DNA of 62,900 bases, the filler included, from Octopus bimaculoides (Eukaryota), in the NCBI RefSeq assembly GCF_001194135.2. It is 6 parts of 6 records of this genome, joined end to end, with 100 filler letters (N's around TTAATTAATTAA, not from the genome) between each part and the next. Parts side by side here need not be neighbours in the genome. Positions count along the whole stretch, not along the records: positions 1 to 5,834 come from NC_068995.1; positions 5,935 to 32,727 come from NC_068982.1; 4 more parts are not named here. One strand, written 5' to 3'. Position 1 is the stretch's first letter. Each line of letters starts with the position of its first letter. Of this stretch, positions 1-12,754 are shown piece after piece. A model generated the notes under the pieces. The model did no database searches. It saw only the letters and a program-made list of their open reading frames with translations, and was not told where the DNA came from. The position numbers and the translations under genes are program-made.

Positions 1-759
1 TACTGAATTTATGAGTTGTTTACTTTTCGCCATTATTACGACACTACTTTATGTTGTCTCAGTGCTGAATGAAGAAGCTAGCGTTTTGACACTTAAAAAT
101 GACCACTGATAAGATTATTGGAACAAACGAGAGAGTTCTAGTAAAAAATTTTAAAAAATTATTTTAACAGTATTTTGTGGCATAAAAACTCATAAATTTA
201 TTCTGTACGAATACTTTTTTCACCCCTAAATATTTATAATTGTATATAAATTCATTAGTTACTATAATTTATTAGTTTCTTTTGCATATTCTTAGTTTAT
301 GCATGTGTATGCAAATATAGTATTGGTATATCCCATTTATGTTCATTAGAAATTAAATAAAGAATTTTGACATGTACGAATATTTATTTCCCCCCACTGT
401 ATCTATCATTATATTTAAATTTAAATATAAATATGTTTATAAAAGTTTATGCGAGGGAGATGGTAGAAAGACAGATGTAACTTATCATGAGGGGTGTAAT
501 ATACAAAGAGTTAGATTGGGAAATGTTAATAAAGATGGGATGAAAAGTATGTCTATATTATATTTTTGATTTTATATCTTACATATATATAATTATATAA
601 ATATATAATTATACAAATATAAAATTATATAAATTTAGAAAAGTGTATTTATGCGCATGCAGACATTGGTAAACTTTTTCTGATTTATCATTCAAGAGAT
701 TGTGCTTAGAGAATAGGATGTGAAGCCAGAATTAATCTTTTACGGATCGGGTGGGGCAT

Positions 760-2770
760 TTGCTACTCGATTCCAAGCAGATGTAAGCGTCTTTGCAGTA
801 ATACTTTGCTTAAGTTTATGGGGCGAACGGTAAACGGGAGAAAGGGTAGACTTCTCCGCCTACCTCGATGATCTGTTGCAGCTCTCGATTGGGAATGTGG
901 AGTTCTAGGAAAGACCAATAAGAGTTGACGAAATACGCGAAGCGATGATGGATTGCATGATAGAGAAGTCACCGGAGCTGGATGGTCTGCTTTACGAGCT
1001 TTATTGTCATATACCAGACTTGTTTACGGGCCTCTTATCAACTGGCAGCAAAATGGGAAAATTTCCAGTCCTGCGAATAGAATTGTGATGTTGCTGAGAA
1101 AAGACCCAAGCAAAGGGAATGATTTAAACAACTTTAGGTCAATAACTCTGATAAATGTAGATGCCAAGACTGTCGGCCCTTGTCGATACTCAGATGGGTG
1201 AAGCACAGATATATGCCATGCCATACAGATCTATCCTTGACAACATTTACCTCACACTGTACATCATAAAAAGGTTGAGTAATCAGCTAAAAGCTTTCGA
1301 TAAGGTTGACCATCAATAAGTTTGGTGGCTGTCTTGAAGGCGGCTGGTTTCGACGCCGTCTTCAGAGGATGCAATGTATTGTGACATTTACTCAAGATCA
1401 GAGTAAGTGGACGCCTGTCAGAATCGTTCAGTATAATGCGATCAGTTTGTCAAGGATACACTATCCTTCCTCTTTTCAACGTGTTGACTCTAGAGCCATT
1501 ACTGTCAAAGTTTTTGAAGAACATCAGCGAGTACTAAGATGCGGAACATCCGTGTTTGCATATACGGACGACGTAACCGTAATAGTGTCGGCCATCAAAC
1601 ACATCGAGATGATCGGAAATATACTGAGGTAATGTGAATCGGTGACAGGAGCAAAAATTAAACGGGAGAAGTCGTTGGACCACCTGAAAAAGCAGGTCCA
1701 TATCGTCGAACAGCGTCGTTAGGCACTGGACGGACGGATCAGTTAAATTGTTTGGAGTTTAGTTTGGTTCAGACCTTCAGATAAACAAGAACTAACAAGA
1801 AATGACAAGCAGGGTGTATAGTCTTACCAGAAATAGGGCGAGAGGAAACTATCCTTGAAGGGTTGGGCCTACATCGCACTCGTCATCAACTACTGCCAAA
1901 CCGTATATCATAGCTAACCAAAACGGGGCACTTGCTCTTTTGTTTTTTTGTAGAGAAGACACCTCCAGCTGGTCAGACAGTCCATTTGCTGTCAGCATTC
2001 GCTGAATGGGGGATTGGAGATGTGATTGATGATGTGCAGACAAGCGCTGAGGCTACGACATCCCCACCGTTTCCTTGACTGTCAGAGGGTTTGATTGCTG
2101 TTTGTTTTATATGGAGCTTTTCTGCAGCTGGTCTCTGACAGACCTGCTGTCCTGGATCAATCGCAGAATTCTTGACACCTATAGTGCTGTCAGGCGCTCA
2201 CACTAAACAGTCAGAAATGCAGTCGGTGGATGTTCCACTATGGAGTTGTTTAGAGGATTAGCGGTGGGTAAGAGCAACGATGTCTCCGAGGAAAGTGGGC
2301 GTCGACAAAAATCAACTGGCTGGTCTTTTCTAAAGGGCTTTTGGGTCAGGGTCAATAGATAATTTCCAGAAATCCTTAGCCGTCAATGCTACTGGGATAA
2401 ACTCTACAGGCATTGCCGGTTCGGGATAGACTCTACAGGCATTGCAGTGCTGTCAGCCGCATCTTTTCGAGATGCGCACAGAGCAAAGAAACCGTCCTGC
2501 ACTCACTCGCTCAGTGCTATAGCATTGCTGACTTGAGAAGTTATGTCAAACGCCTGCTATAACGTGTAGGTCGGATCTGGCTATCGACCGACTTGTGATG
2601 ATCGTCCTGCCACATTCCTTTAGTGGGGAAGGGTAGGTAGTTTTTCTCAGTCTGGTGGCTATGGCGGAATAGGTTGTGTGGTGGATAAGACTGAAAGGAC
2701 TGAAGATAGGCACTTTCCTTTTCAACCAAAGCCTCAAGGACGTTTTAAAATTCTATTTGAAAAGGAAAGT
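760..2770 (+). mobile_element. 5'-truncated, heavily frameshifted Tx1/L1-clade non-LTR retrotransposon ORF2 (RT to C-terminal Zn knuckle)
   Basis: Collinear RT motifs across frames: KSPELDGLLYELY (~966), LLRKDPSKG..NNFRSITLINVDAK (~1090-1170), KAFDKVDH (~1290), FAYTDDVTV (YxDD at 1561), GAKINREKS (~1648), and RCAQSKETVLHSLAQC knuckle (~2467-2517). Confidence 0.85.
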
Positions 2771-2879
2771 GATGATTAAGAAAGATACCCTGTAATAAAT
2801 TTATTGAAACGTAGGTAAATGTGGCGAGGATGGTTTACACTAAGCTGGCGCCTATTGGCTGAGAAGAGAGGAACACTTG

Positions 2880-3075
2880 CCATAGTATTCCTGGTGAGTA
2901 GAAATTGCTTAGCGGCATTTCGTCCGTGTTTATGTTCTGAATTCAAATTCCGCCGAGGTCTACTTTGCCTTTCATCCTTTCGGGGTCGATAAAATAAGTA
3001 CCAGCGGAGCACTGGGATCGATCTAATTGACTTAATCCTTCTCTTGAAGCGTGTGCCAAAATTTGAAGCCAATAT
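2880..3075 (+). mobile_element. SINE family B copy
   Basis: Motif gttctgagttcaaattccgccgaggtcgactttgcctttcatcctttcggggtcgat recurs across the window (e.g. ~12850-13060, 16490-16690, 18045-18200, 27625-27815, 41365-41475, 53610-53760). Confidence 0.8.
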
Positions 3076-3803
3076 GATTATTAATTTAACGTTTTTTTTT
3101 TGTTTTTAATTGAATATTTTTACTTTTCTTTCAATTGAGATTTATTTTTTTCAATGTAACACCCCCACTTTTACTCTCTTCGGTGACCTTGTAGCAAATA
3201 AAGAAAACGTCATTATAAATGTTCTCCATCCGCCGCCCTTTTGGTAATAAAAAGAAATCGTTAATATTATTGTTGTTGTTATTATTATTGAGTGTTCGCA
3301 GTACTATTTAGGGAATATTGACACATTCTGTTTACTGCAGCAGATACAGTCTAGTTGAATGCTTTCTCAGCTCCTGCTGCAATATAGACAAATATGTAGA
3401 ACGATTTTCATGTCTATTACAATAATAATCTGGCAAAGATAGAAGGTCTATGGGATTTACTATGGAGGTGACTTTTTGTCATGGTGATAGAGTATAATCA
3501 ATCATGATAATATCAACAGAAGTTTAAAGAAATCATACAATATATTTACCGTACTATGATACATATTTTATTCTGATCGTGTGATATAGTAAATCATGAT
3601 AATGTAAAAAAATAATAAACCGTGGAGATATTTGAAATGTATATTGATTGGCTGAGAGTATCAATAACTAGGGATGGAATTGTCGGGTCGTCAGCTCTTC
3701 GCTTTTATTGTGCCCTGGATAATATTTCTACTGATATGGAGGCGGTATCAGTTACAACCCAGCACTACAGACTAACAAAACAGCTGTTAATTAAACACTA
3801 CCA

Positions 3804-4240
3804 AGGTGCAGGAGTGGCTGTGTGGTAAGAAGCTTGATTCTCAACCACATGGTTCCGGGTTCAGCTCCACTGCGTGGCACTTAGGGCAGATGTCTTCTGC
3901 TATAGTCTCGGACCGACCAAAGCCTTGTAGGTGGATTTGGTAGACGGAAACTGAAAGAAGCCCGCCGTATACACACACACACACACACATATGAGTGTGT
4001 GTGTATGTGTGAGTGTGTCTGCGCGCGTCTTCGTGTTCGTGTCTGTATTGGTCCTCCTGAACCGCTTGACAACTGGTGTTGGTGTGTTTATGTGCCCGTA
4101 ACTTGGCGGTTAAGTACCAGGCTTAAAATAAATAAATAAATAAATAAATAAGCCCTGGAGTCGATTCATTCAACTGAAAATTCTTCAAGACGGTGCTCCA
4201 GTATGACCGCAGTCTAATAATTGAAACAAGTAAAAGATAC
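3804..4240 (+). mobile_element. SINE family A (tRNA-like head, CORE-like segment, internal microsatellite, 3' body)
   Basis: Head gtggctgtgtggtaagaagctt..ggttccgggttcag (A/B-box-like), then ggcacttagggcagatgtctt (resembles the CORE gtgaccttgggcaagt motif), (CA/TG)n and a tail ending gaaacaagtaaaaga. More than 20 copies in the window. Confidence 0.85.
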
Positions 4241-4654
4241 CCACCATCAGTTAGACTACATCTATGACGATTGGAGCCACTATCTTTGCCATGGACAGAG
4301 GACAACATTGTTAAGATACAGAGCGAGGATATACGACCGTTAAACATGCAATATATTTCTCATAACGGTACACGATATTTACTGTATCAGTATGTCGTGT
4401 TTGCCGTACTATCATTGTCGTAAATAATATCATAATGACTGAATTAATCAAAGGTCGCGATCACAGAAATGCCGGACATTATGGTGTCATGGTCTGCCTA
4501 ATACCTTTGTGTTTGGATAGCTATTAGGATATGGTAATGAATATGATATAGCTGTGACATGTTCAAGAATGTGCTTCGGAAATATGATCCATGGGATATC
4601 GGATATTTATCGTAGAGAAAATATATTTATCACACCACTTTGGTATATTTGGTA

Positions 4655-4985
4655 TTCTTTTATTTCAGTCATTTGACAGCGGCCTTGTTGGAGCATCGCC
4701 TTTAGTCAAACAAATCGATCCCAGGACTTATTCTTTGTAAGCCTAGTACTTATTCTATCGGTCTCTTTTGCCGAACTGCTAAGTTACGGGACGTCAACAC
4801 ACAAACATCGGTTGTCAAACAATGGTGGACACACACACATACGACAGGCTTCTTTCAGTTTCCGTCTACCAAATCCACTCACAAGTCTTTGGTCGGCCCG
4901 ACACTTGCCCAAGGTGCCATGTAGTGGGACTGAACTCGGAGCCATGTGGTTGGCAAGCAAGCTACTTACCACACAGCCACTCCTG
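4655..4985 (-). mobile_element. SINE family A copy, inverted relative to 3804-4240
   Basis: Reverse complement of the family A head and tail. Confidence 0.85.
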
Positions 4986-5076
4986 AGCCTATATTTAGGA
5001 AAAGTTTTAATTATGATTATAGCGAAAAATATATCACGCGCACACACATGCACATGTATATGTTTATATATGTACA

Positions 5077-5114
<38 letters not shown>

Positions 5115-6019
5115 CGCATATATATGTGTATGTGCGTGTGTATATATATATATGTGTGTGTGTGCGCGTGTATAAATACACACACACACACACACACACA
5201 TAAATATAGCGGAGTTATATATACATGCATGTATGGCAGTTGATGACAAAACTGGACAAAATGCTTTATCCGATTCTTTGTTTTAGTTCTTCACGTTCTG
5301 AGATTAAATTTCGCCAACTTCAAACTTTGCCTTTCATAATTTGGGGGTCGATAAAATAAAGTACTAGGCAAGTACCTGGGTCTTTATAAGTGTCTATTTC
5401 TCTCTCCTAGATTTCAGGACTTATTGTGTATAAAGTTTTCAGAGAAATACAGCTTACTGTAACAAGGACAAGGTTTTTCAATATGAATATAAAGGCAAGT
5501 TTAGATTCTCTTTTGATATAGGAGGGATAATCTTTTCAAAGGGAGTAGTAGTACACATACATACATACATACATACATACATGCGTACATGCATGCATAC
5601 ATACACAATACACACGTGTACATACATACATACATACATACATACGTACGTACATACATAACTATTCTCTTTTACTCTTTTACTTGTTTCAGTCATTTGA
5701 CTGCGGCCATGCTGGAGCACCGCATTTAGTCGAGAAAATCGACCCCAGGACTTATTCTTTGGAAGCCCAGTACTTATTCTATCGGTTTCTTTTGCCGAAC
5801 CGCTAAGTTACGGGGACGTAAACACACCAGCATCNNNNNNNNNNNNNNNNNNNNNNNNNNNNNNNNNNNNNNNNNNNNTTAATTAATTAANNNNNNNNNN
5901 NNNNNNNNNNNNNNNNNNNNNNNNNNNNNNNNNNCATGATTCTATAAAACGTTTTAAAATTTTGTAAACAGAGAGTTACTTACGTTTCTTGCATAAATAA
6001 AAGAAATTTTATTTAACAA

Positions 6020-6290
6020 ACTGTGACACTAAGGACCGAGGTTACCGTGGACTTTTCGTAGATTTTTCTTTCCACGGATAACCTCCCCATTTATTGGGAA
6101 TTTTCTGTATTATTTCGTATATTTTGTAAATACCCCAAACGTTTTGCGATGTTCTTTTTCCATCGTTGTTCCCACTTGTGTTTGTTTTTTTTTCTGCTTT
6201 GTTTTTCGCCCCCTCGAAAAGAAAAACTCTACATTTGTATTTTGTCCCTTCTATGTTGAGCCCTGTGTGGCTAATAAAGAAACATATCTA
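6020..6290 (+). mobile_element. Probable 3' end of a LINE (hairpin, T-rich tract, AATAAA, simple-repeat tail)
   Basis: Inverted repeat gaggttaccgtgga (6038-6051) / tccacggataacctc (6071-6085); ends ccctgtgtggctaataaagaaa before (tcta)n. Confidence 0.4.
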
Positions 6291-6383
6291 TCTATCTATG
6301 TGTTTGTATGTATGTGTGCGTGTGTGTGTATGTGCACGCGCATGATGGCTGATAGCTGAATCCGTATTATATAGTACTCATTT

Positions 6384-6417
<34 letters not shown>

Positions 6418-6824
6418 ATACACACACACTTTCATTCTATTAGGCATTTTAGTCGTACGATGTGACCTTAGACAACAACTCGGCTGATTCCTGTGATGTA
6501 ACTCTGATGTTACCATGGTAACAACAATTCTTTGCTGATTAATTAGGCTTCTTTGACAAGTTCCCTATTTTGACATCTGATTTCTAACACACGTCTTGGA
6601 GTAAAGAAACTGTGGACTCTAGATATAAATAAGAACCATTTCTAACTTAAACATAAGGTCAGACATTTTGGGACGTAGGAGCGAGGGTAGTGTAGCAGAT
6701 TAAATGGATGCCTTTGGTTAGAAATTCCAACTATGAATTTTCAGTTGTTTGATCATCTGAAATACCAGGGTCATTGAATTCTAATGTAAGTGACCGAGTA
6801 TTCCGCAGACAGTCTTTTACTATT

Positions 6825-7068
6825 TTATTCCTTTACTTGTTTCAGTCATTTGACTGTAGTCATGCTGGAATACTGCCTTTAAGGTTTTCGTCGAAGAAAT
6901 CGACCCCCAGGATTGATTCTTCTTTTGCTGAACCGCTAAGGTACGAGGACGCAAACACACCAACACCAGTTGTCAAGCGGTGGTGGGGAACAAACACAAA
7001 GACACACGCACATAGATACAAACACACATAGATACACACACACAAAGATACACGCACACAAAGATACA

Positions 7069-7122
<54 letters not shown>

Positions 7123-7285
7123 CGACGGGCTTCTTTCAGTTTCTGTCCACCTAATCCTCTCACAAGGCTTTGGACGTCCCGAGGCTATAGTAGAAGACAT
7201 TTGCCCAAGGTGTCAGGCAGTGGGATTGAACCCGGGACCATGTGGTTGGGAAGCAAGCTTCTTACCACACAGCCACGCCTACACG
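6825..7285 (-). mobile_element. Near full-length SINE family A copy with internal (CA)n
   Basis: Family A tail at ~6825-6990, microsatellite 7071-7116, head ending ccacacagccacgcct. Confidence 0.85.
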
Positions 7286-7419
7286 CCTATATGTGTACAC
7301 TTGATATAATTCTTAGGCGGAATGAGCATGGCGTTGGTGCAATCCACTCGATGAACTTCCACATAGTTTCTACGCATCAAATTTCATTCATAAGGAATGG
7401 CTCGACTCATGGAAATAGA

Positions 7420-8205
7420 AAATGGTAGAAGAAGGTGGAATTGGTAGCATGATGAGAGAGTGAAAGTGGATGGTAGAACTGGTAGAATGAAGAGTGAATG
7501 GTAGTGGGTGGTAGATTTGGTAGAACTATTAGATGGTAGTGGGCGGTAAAATTGGTAACATGGTGAAGGAATGGTAGAATTGGTAGAATGGTAATCGATG
7601 GTAGAATTGGTCGACTGGAGAGTGAACGGTAGTTGATGGTAGAACTNNNNNNNNNNAGGTAGTGGATGGTAGAATTGATAGATTTGATAGACTAGTGGAA
7701 GAAGGTAGTATATGGTGGAATTGGTATAATGGTGGAAGAACTGTAGTTGATGGTAGAATTGGTAAGGTGGTGGTGGAGAAGAATGGTAGTTGATAGTAGA
7801 ATTGGTAGAGTGGTGGGAAGGAATGGTAGAATGTGATAGAATGTTGTTGAATGATAGTGTGCTGTAGAATTGGTGGAATGGTGAGGGAATTGTAGTTGAT
7901 GACTGAATTGGTAGAGTGGTGATGGGTGTATAGTAGTTGACGGTAGAAATGATAGTGGGGAAATGATAGTAGGTGGTTTAATCGGCTGGGTGGTGGGGAA
8001 ATGGTTGTGGGTAGTAGTATTAGTAGAATGTTGGGGGAATGGTAGTGAATGTTAAAATTGGTAGAATGCTGAGGGGAAAATGGTAGTCGTTGATAGAACT
8101 GGTTGAATCGTAGGTGAATGGTAGTAGGTAGTAGAATTGGTAGAGTGGTGGGGAGAATAATAGTGGGTGGTAGAATTGGTAGAGTAATGAAGAAATGGTG
8201 AGAGT
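7420..8205. repeat. Degenerate purine-rich minisatellite built on ggtagaat(t)/ggtagt units
   Basis: Dozens of ggtagaattggt-like units; strong G/A/T strand bias with almost no C. Confidence 0.85.
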
Positions 8206-10129
8206 TCCTTGCTATATTAAATTACGTTTCTTTATATTCTAGGTTTCGATTTTGCTGCATCAACTTTGCTTTTATCCCAGTGAAATCAATAAAATAAAGT
8301 ACCAATAATAATATGCTGAACCTATTCAATTGATTATTTCTCTTGTTATCTTTACATATTTGAGGACATTTTGTAATTCTACAAATCTATATTTATGAAT
8401 ATATTTAACACAATAATGACCTTTGCTTCAATTTCTCTCTCCCTCCTCTGCCCCTTCAGTCACACAAAGACTGTTTGATTTTGTGGAGTTTAATAAACTA
8501 AAGATTATGTGTAGATTATTAATTAATTAAACCAGTTTATTAATTAATCTTAATAACCTTTTATACTCTTGTTACTTTGATAACCTCGATGTCCAAGTTG
8601 ATAACTACCTGGAGTGATCGTTCGACTCGCGAGAAATAACAGCCAAATCTTCTTTTAAATCATATGATCTCTTTAAAAATAAGATACATTGGATAATGTA
8701 GTCCAGGAGGTAAGGCGTGTCTATACAAACAAGGGTCCAACAACAACAACAACAACACCAGCGACAGCAATGTAATTGAGTCTCTTAAGCTCAAAGTTGT
8801 TTAGTTCAGGCCTGTCACCAGACTTGGGGTGCCTTGAGGTGCTTCAGAATATTCTGAGTGGGCACTAATTTATAATAATGCTTTAAGCGAAGTTTCGAAA
8901 TAAGTGTACCACTGTAAATCTGATGGTGCACTGTTGAATAGCGAACGGACAGTGTCATCCAGTGTACCCTCTTAGCGACGGGCATGGTTTAGTCCCAGAT
9001 CAACTCTGATTGTACAGATCAAAAGGTATTCCAACTGTGACCATCTCGCCTTTTTAGTGGTATACGTTGAAGTACATTACCCAGTATGTCCTGCATTAAA
9101 AAAGGACAGGTATGATGTGAGGGAGATTTGGCTGCTATTACTAGAGGCTCCACCTTTCAGTAAATAGGAAATAATAAGGAAATGACGAGTGTTTCGACAG
9201 TTGTCTATCATGGCGTGGGATGAGGATATTACATTGTTAACATACCTCTTAAATGTTAAGAAAACCAGTCATAAAAATCAAATCTCAAAATCCATGTGAT
9301 TTTGATGATGATGGTGGTGGTAGGAAATAATTTAGTCTCTGAGTCATATTAAAATAATTTCCTTCTATTGTTGATTAAAAAAATCTATTGTTTATAATTT
9401 TATATACTATAGTAGGAAAATAAGCTTCTTTCAGTTTCCGTTTATCAAATCCACTCACAAGGTTTTGGTCGGCCCGAGGCTTTAGTAGAAGACACTTGCC
9501 CAAGGTACCATGCAGTGTGAATGAACCCGGAACCATGTGGTGTGGAAGCAAAAGTTTTAGCACACAGTCACGCCTGTGCCTATAAATAAAATAACTAAAA
9601 TAAACAGGAAAAGAGAAAATTAAAACTGAATAACACTGAAAAAAAAAAAAAAAATACTGGCGTGTAGAAAACTTGAATCGAATATTTTAACCTTGATTTT
9701 ATTTCATGATTTGACGATTTAGTTAAGTTTTCCCTCCCTAGTTAGCCAATGACACTCTTTGACATTTCCTCTAACATACGACACAGCCAGCTAACAAATA
9801 TATTGACAAGCAATGTAGCTGCCTGTGAATATATGTACGTACGCCACTGAATTAGGATTGACTAACATACAATATAGATATTAATATGGATGACCGATTT
9901 ATTAATTACCTCTCAAACCTGTTAACTCATTTCTTATCTAGATATATTTTGTTCCAACAATGCTATCCGCCATCATTTCACCGTCACGCTAATACTAATC
10001 CACACACGTACACACATTTACACATGCCGGTCCCTTTTAGTATTATTATACGACAGTGGTTATCTGACAAATGCTAGCCTCGCCAATACTACCACTAAAT
10101 AATTATTACTGAAATTGGTACTGTCTTTC

Positions 10130-10168
<39 letters not shown>

Positions 10169-11399
10169 TTGCAATGCACTTACAAAACATAGACACATAT
10201 TGAGGGATACGCGTGCGTAGACACATACAATAGGAATACAAAATACAAAATGGCTGATAGTTAGCAAGGTGGGACACACATAAGAAAGAAGAAAGCAAAG
10301 GACCACTGATGAGGTCACAGAAGTNNNNNNNNNNNNNNNNNNNNNNNNNNNNNNNNNNNNNNNNNNNNNNNNNNNNNNNNNNNNNNNNNNNNNNNNNNNN
10401 NNNNNNNNNNNNNNNNNNNNNNNNNNNNNNNNNNNNNNNNNNNNNNNNNNNNNNNNNNNNNNNNNNNNNNNNNNNNNNNNNNNNNNNNNNNNNNNNNNNN
10501 NNNNNNNNNNNNNNNNNNNNNNNNNNNNNNNNNNNNNNNNNNNNNNNNNNNNNNNNNNNNNNNNNNNNNNNNNNNNNNNNNNNNNNNNNNNNNNNNNNNN
10601 NNNNNNNNNNNNNNNNNNNNNNNNNNNNNNNNNNNNNNNNNNNNNNNNNNNNNNNNNNNNNNNNNNNNNNNNNNNNNNNNNNNNNNNNNNNNNNNNNNNN
10701 NNNNNNNNNNNNNNNNNNNNNNNNNNNNNNNNNNNNNNNNNNNNNNNNNNNNNNNNNNNNNNNNNNNNNNNNNNNNNNNNNNNNNNNNNNNNNNNNNNNN
10801 NNNNNNNNNNNNNNNNNNNNNNNNNNNNNNNNNNNNNNNNNNNNNNNNNNNNNNNNNNNNNNNNNNNNNNNNNNNNNNNNNNNNNNNNNNNNNNNNNNNN
10901 NNNNNNNNNNNNNNNNNNNNNNNNNNNNNNNNNNNNNNNNNNNNNNNNNNNNNNNNTGGCGTGTGAGTACTATAAGCGTATGTTAATGTATATATATATA
11001 TAAACATACGCTTATAGTACTCACGCCAATGTACTAACACACTCAAAAACGCCTGCAATCACACATGCACACATACACACACATGCATACATACACATAC
11101 AAACACGCACGCACGCATACACATTGAAGTGCTAGCATATACACACTATTTTGACACTATTGCGTACATTCATAAAAACTTATACAAGCATATTATGTGT
11201 GAGTATTACGATCTTGCTTTCCTGTCTTTCCTTCTTTCTTTCCTTCTGTCTTTCCTTCTTCCTTTCTTCTTTTTGTCTGCATTTGTTTTGTTCCTTTCCT
11301 TTTTTCCTCTTTCTCTTTCTGTGTCTCACGCAGACATTCTCATACACAGGTACATACACACACAAATACTTTTGCATGGTATTCCCATATAGAGAAAGT

Positions 11400-11800
11400 T
11401 AACAGAAATATCAATGAAATGGCGCGACTGAGTGTAAACGTTAGATAGACGCGATAATGAAAATTCAGAACGATGGTCTTTGGCTCTGTCAAGATCGAAC
11501 ACACTGAGTGAAGTGAAATGCTTCACGTATCTAGGAATTGGAAGCAACGGAAGTGAGATATAGAGCAAGTCAAACCGCAAATATGTTAAGCCGATCTAGA
11601 AACCAAGATCTCTGTCCAGACATATAAGCTGAGAATTTCGAATAGCATCGTCAAATTCGTCCTGCAGTATGGTACCAAGTCATGGGAAAATAGACATAGA
11701 TATCGTCAGAGAGTTTCTAACGTTCAGGATTAGGTGTCTCCGAAAACATCAAAGCACTGAATATCCTAAGATTGTGAGCAATAAAGACATCTCGATCAAA
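11400..11800 (+). mobile_element. RTE-clade LINE remnant (C-terminal RT/thumb region)
   Basis: EVKCFTYLG (~11510), KLRISNSIVKFVLQYGTKSW (~11625-11685) and FRIRCLRK (~11722) match the RTE pattern EEV..F.YLGS / KLRIFNS.VKSVLLYG.E.W / F..RCLRRI. Confidence 0.75.
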
Positions 11801-11939
11801 CCTGCCGATCAACAAATAACTGAATGTAAATAGAGATAGTCACATGTGGTGTTTTGTCACCCCCAACATTTTTTAAGTGCTCCTAATTCCTAGTTGGTAA
11901 TTGTTCTTTTACTCCCTCCTACTACTTTTCTGACTCAGT

Positions 11940-12200
11940 GAGGGTGTGTAGCACGCGGTGTGACTCAGTTGTAGCTCAGTTGTCGTGGGAGGCAGACGTC
12001 GTTGCAAACAAATCTCAGAGCAATTATTGCAAGACTGTTGCCCTCAGCTGCAGCTGCAACAGCCTCTACCACCTCACAGTCATTACAAAGCTAAACAAAG
12101 AGACGTGCATTTTGTGTCAGGTCAAAGGATCGAAACATGTTTGCAGTAATCACAATATGATAATTGTGAGTTGCACAAATTACAAGAATGTAGCAACCGG
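11940..12200 (+). mobile_element. Probable piggyBac transposase C-terminal remnant
   Basis: One frame reads TSLQTNLRAIIARLLPSAAAATASTTSQSLQS*TKRRAFCVRSKDRN, resembling the piggyBac linker plus KRRC.FC.RSKDRK cysteine-rich domain. Confidence 0.45.
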
Positions 12201-12708
12201 TGGTGAATCAGAGTGAACGGTGATAGCTATATAATGAGTTCACATTGATTTTTCTTTCCATTTCAATTCATGGAAATATATTGTGGCTATTTTGATGAAT
12301 AAAACTTTTCTCTGTTATTATATTGGTGTGTTTCATCTACAATTTACATTTGTTTATGCAACATTTTTATTATAATTTTCATTTTAATAAATAATTATAT
12401 CTTCATTTAAAGTTTTGATTTAATGTATATTGTAACGGAGATTGCCTGTTATATCGTTTTTTTTTTCAGCAGTATGACAATATTTTACATAATTGTAGCA
12501 CTATAAACATTTTTGTATTGAAGGGACTATCAATTTTCGGAAGTCCGAGGTGATCAAATCAGGGTTAATAAGACCAAGGTGATAACTGGAATCCAACAGG
12601 CGAAAGGCGGGATGAAACGACTGGGTGCCACTATTTGGACACTGACGATTTGGCACAGCTGGCTGGACATTCAGTCTGTTTTGGTGACTGCATATTAGCA
12701 AAGGAGAT

Positions 12709-12754
<46 letters not shown>

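Noticed and set aside
5879-5890. ttaattaattaa embedded in N runs (also 32772-32783, 50492-50503, 56326-56337, 60243-60254)
   Set aside because: An identical 12-mer centred in similar-length gaps is an assembly/scaffolding placeholder, not biology.
10309-10986. Long ORFs made of X, or of CV/HT/YI/RE/ERTN repeats, throughout the ORF track
   Set aside because: They arise from N gaps and dinucleotide/tetranucleotide microsatellites.
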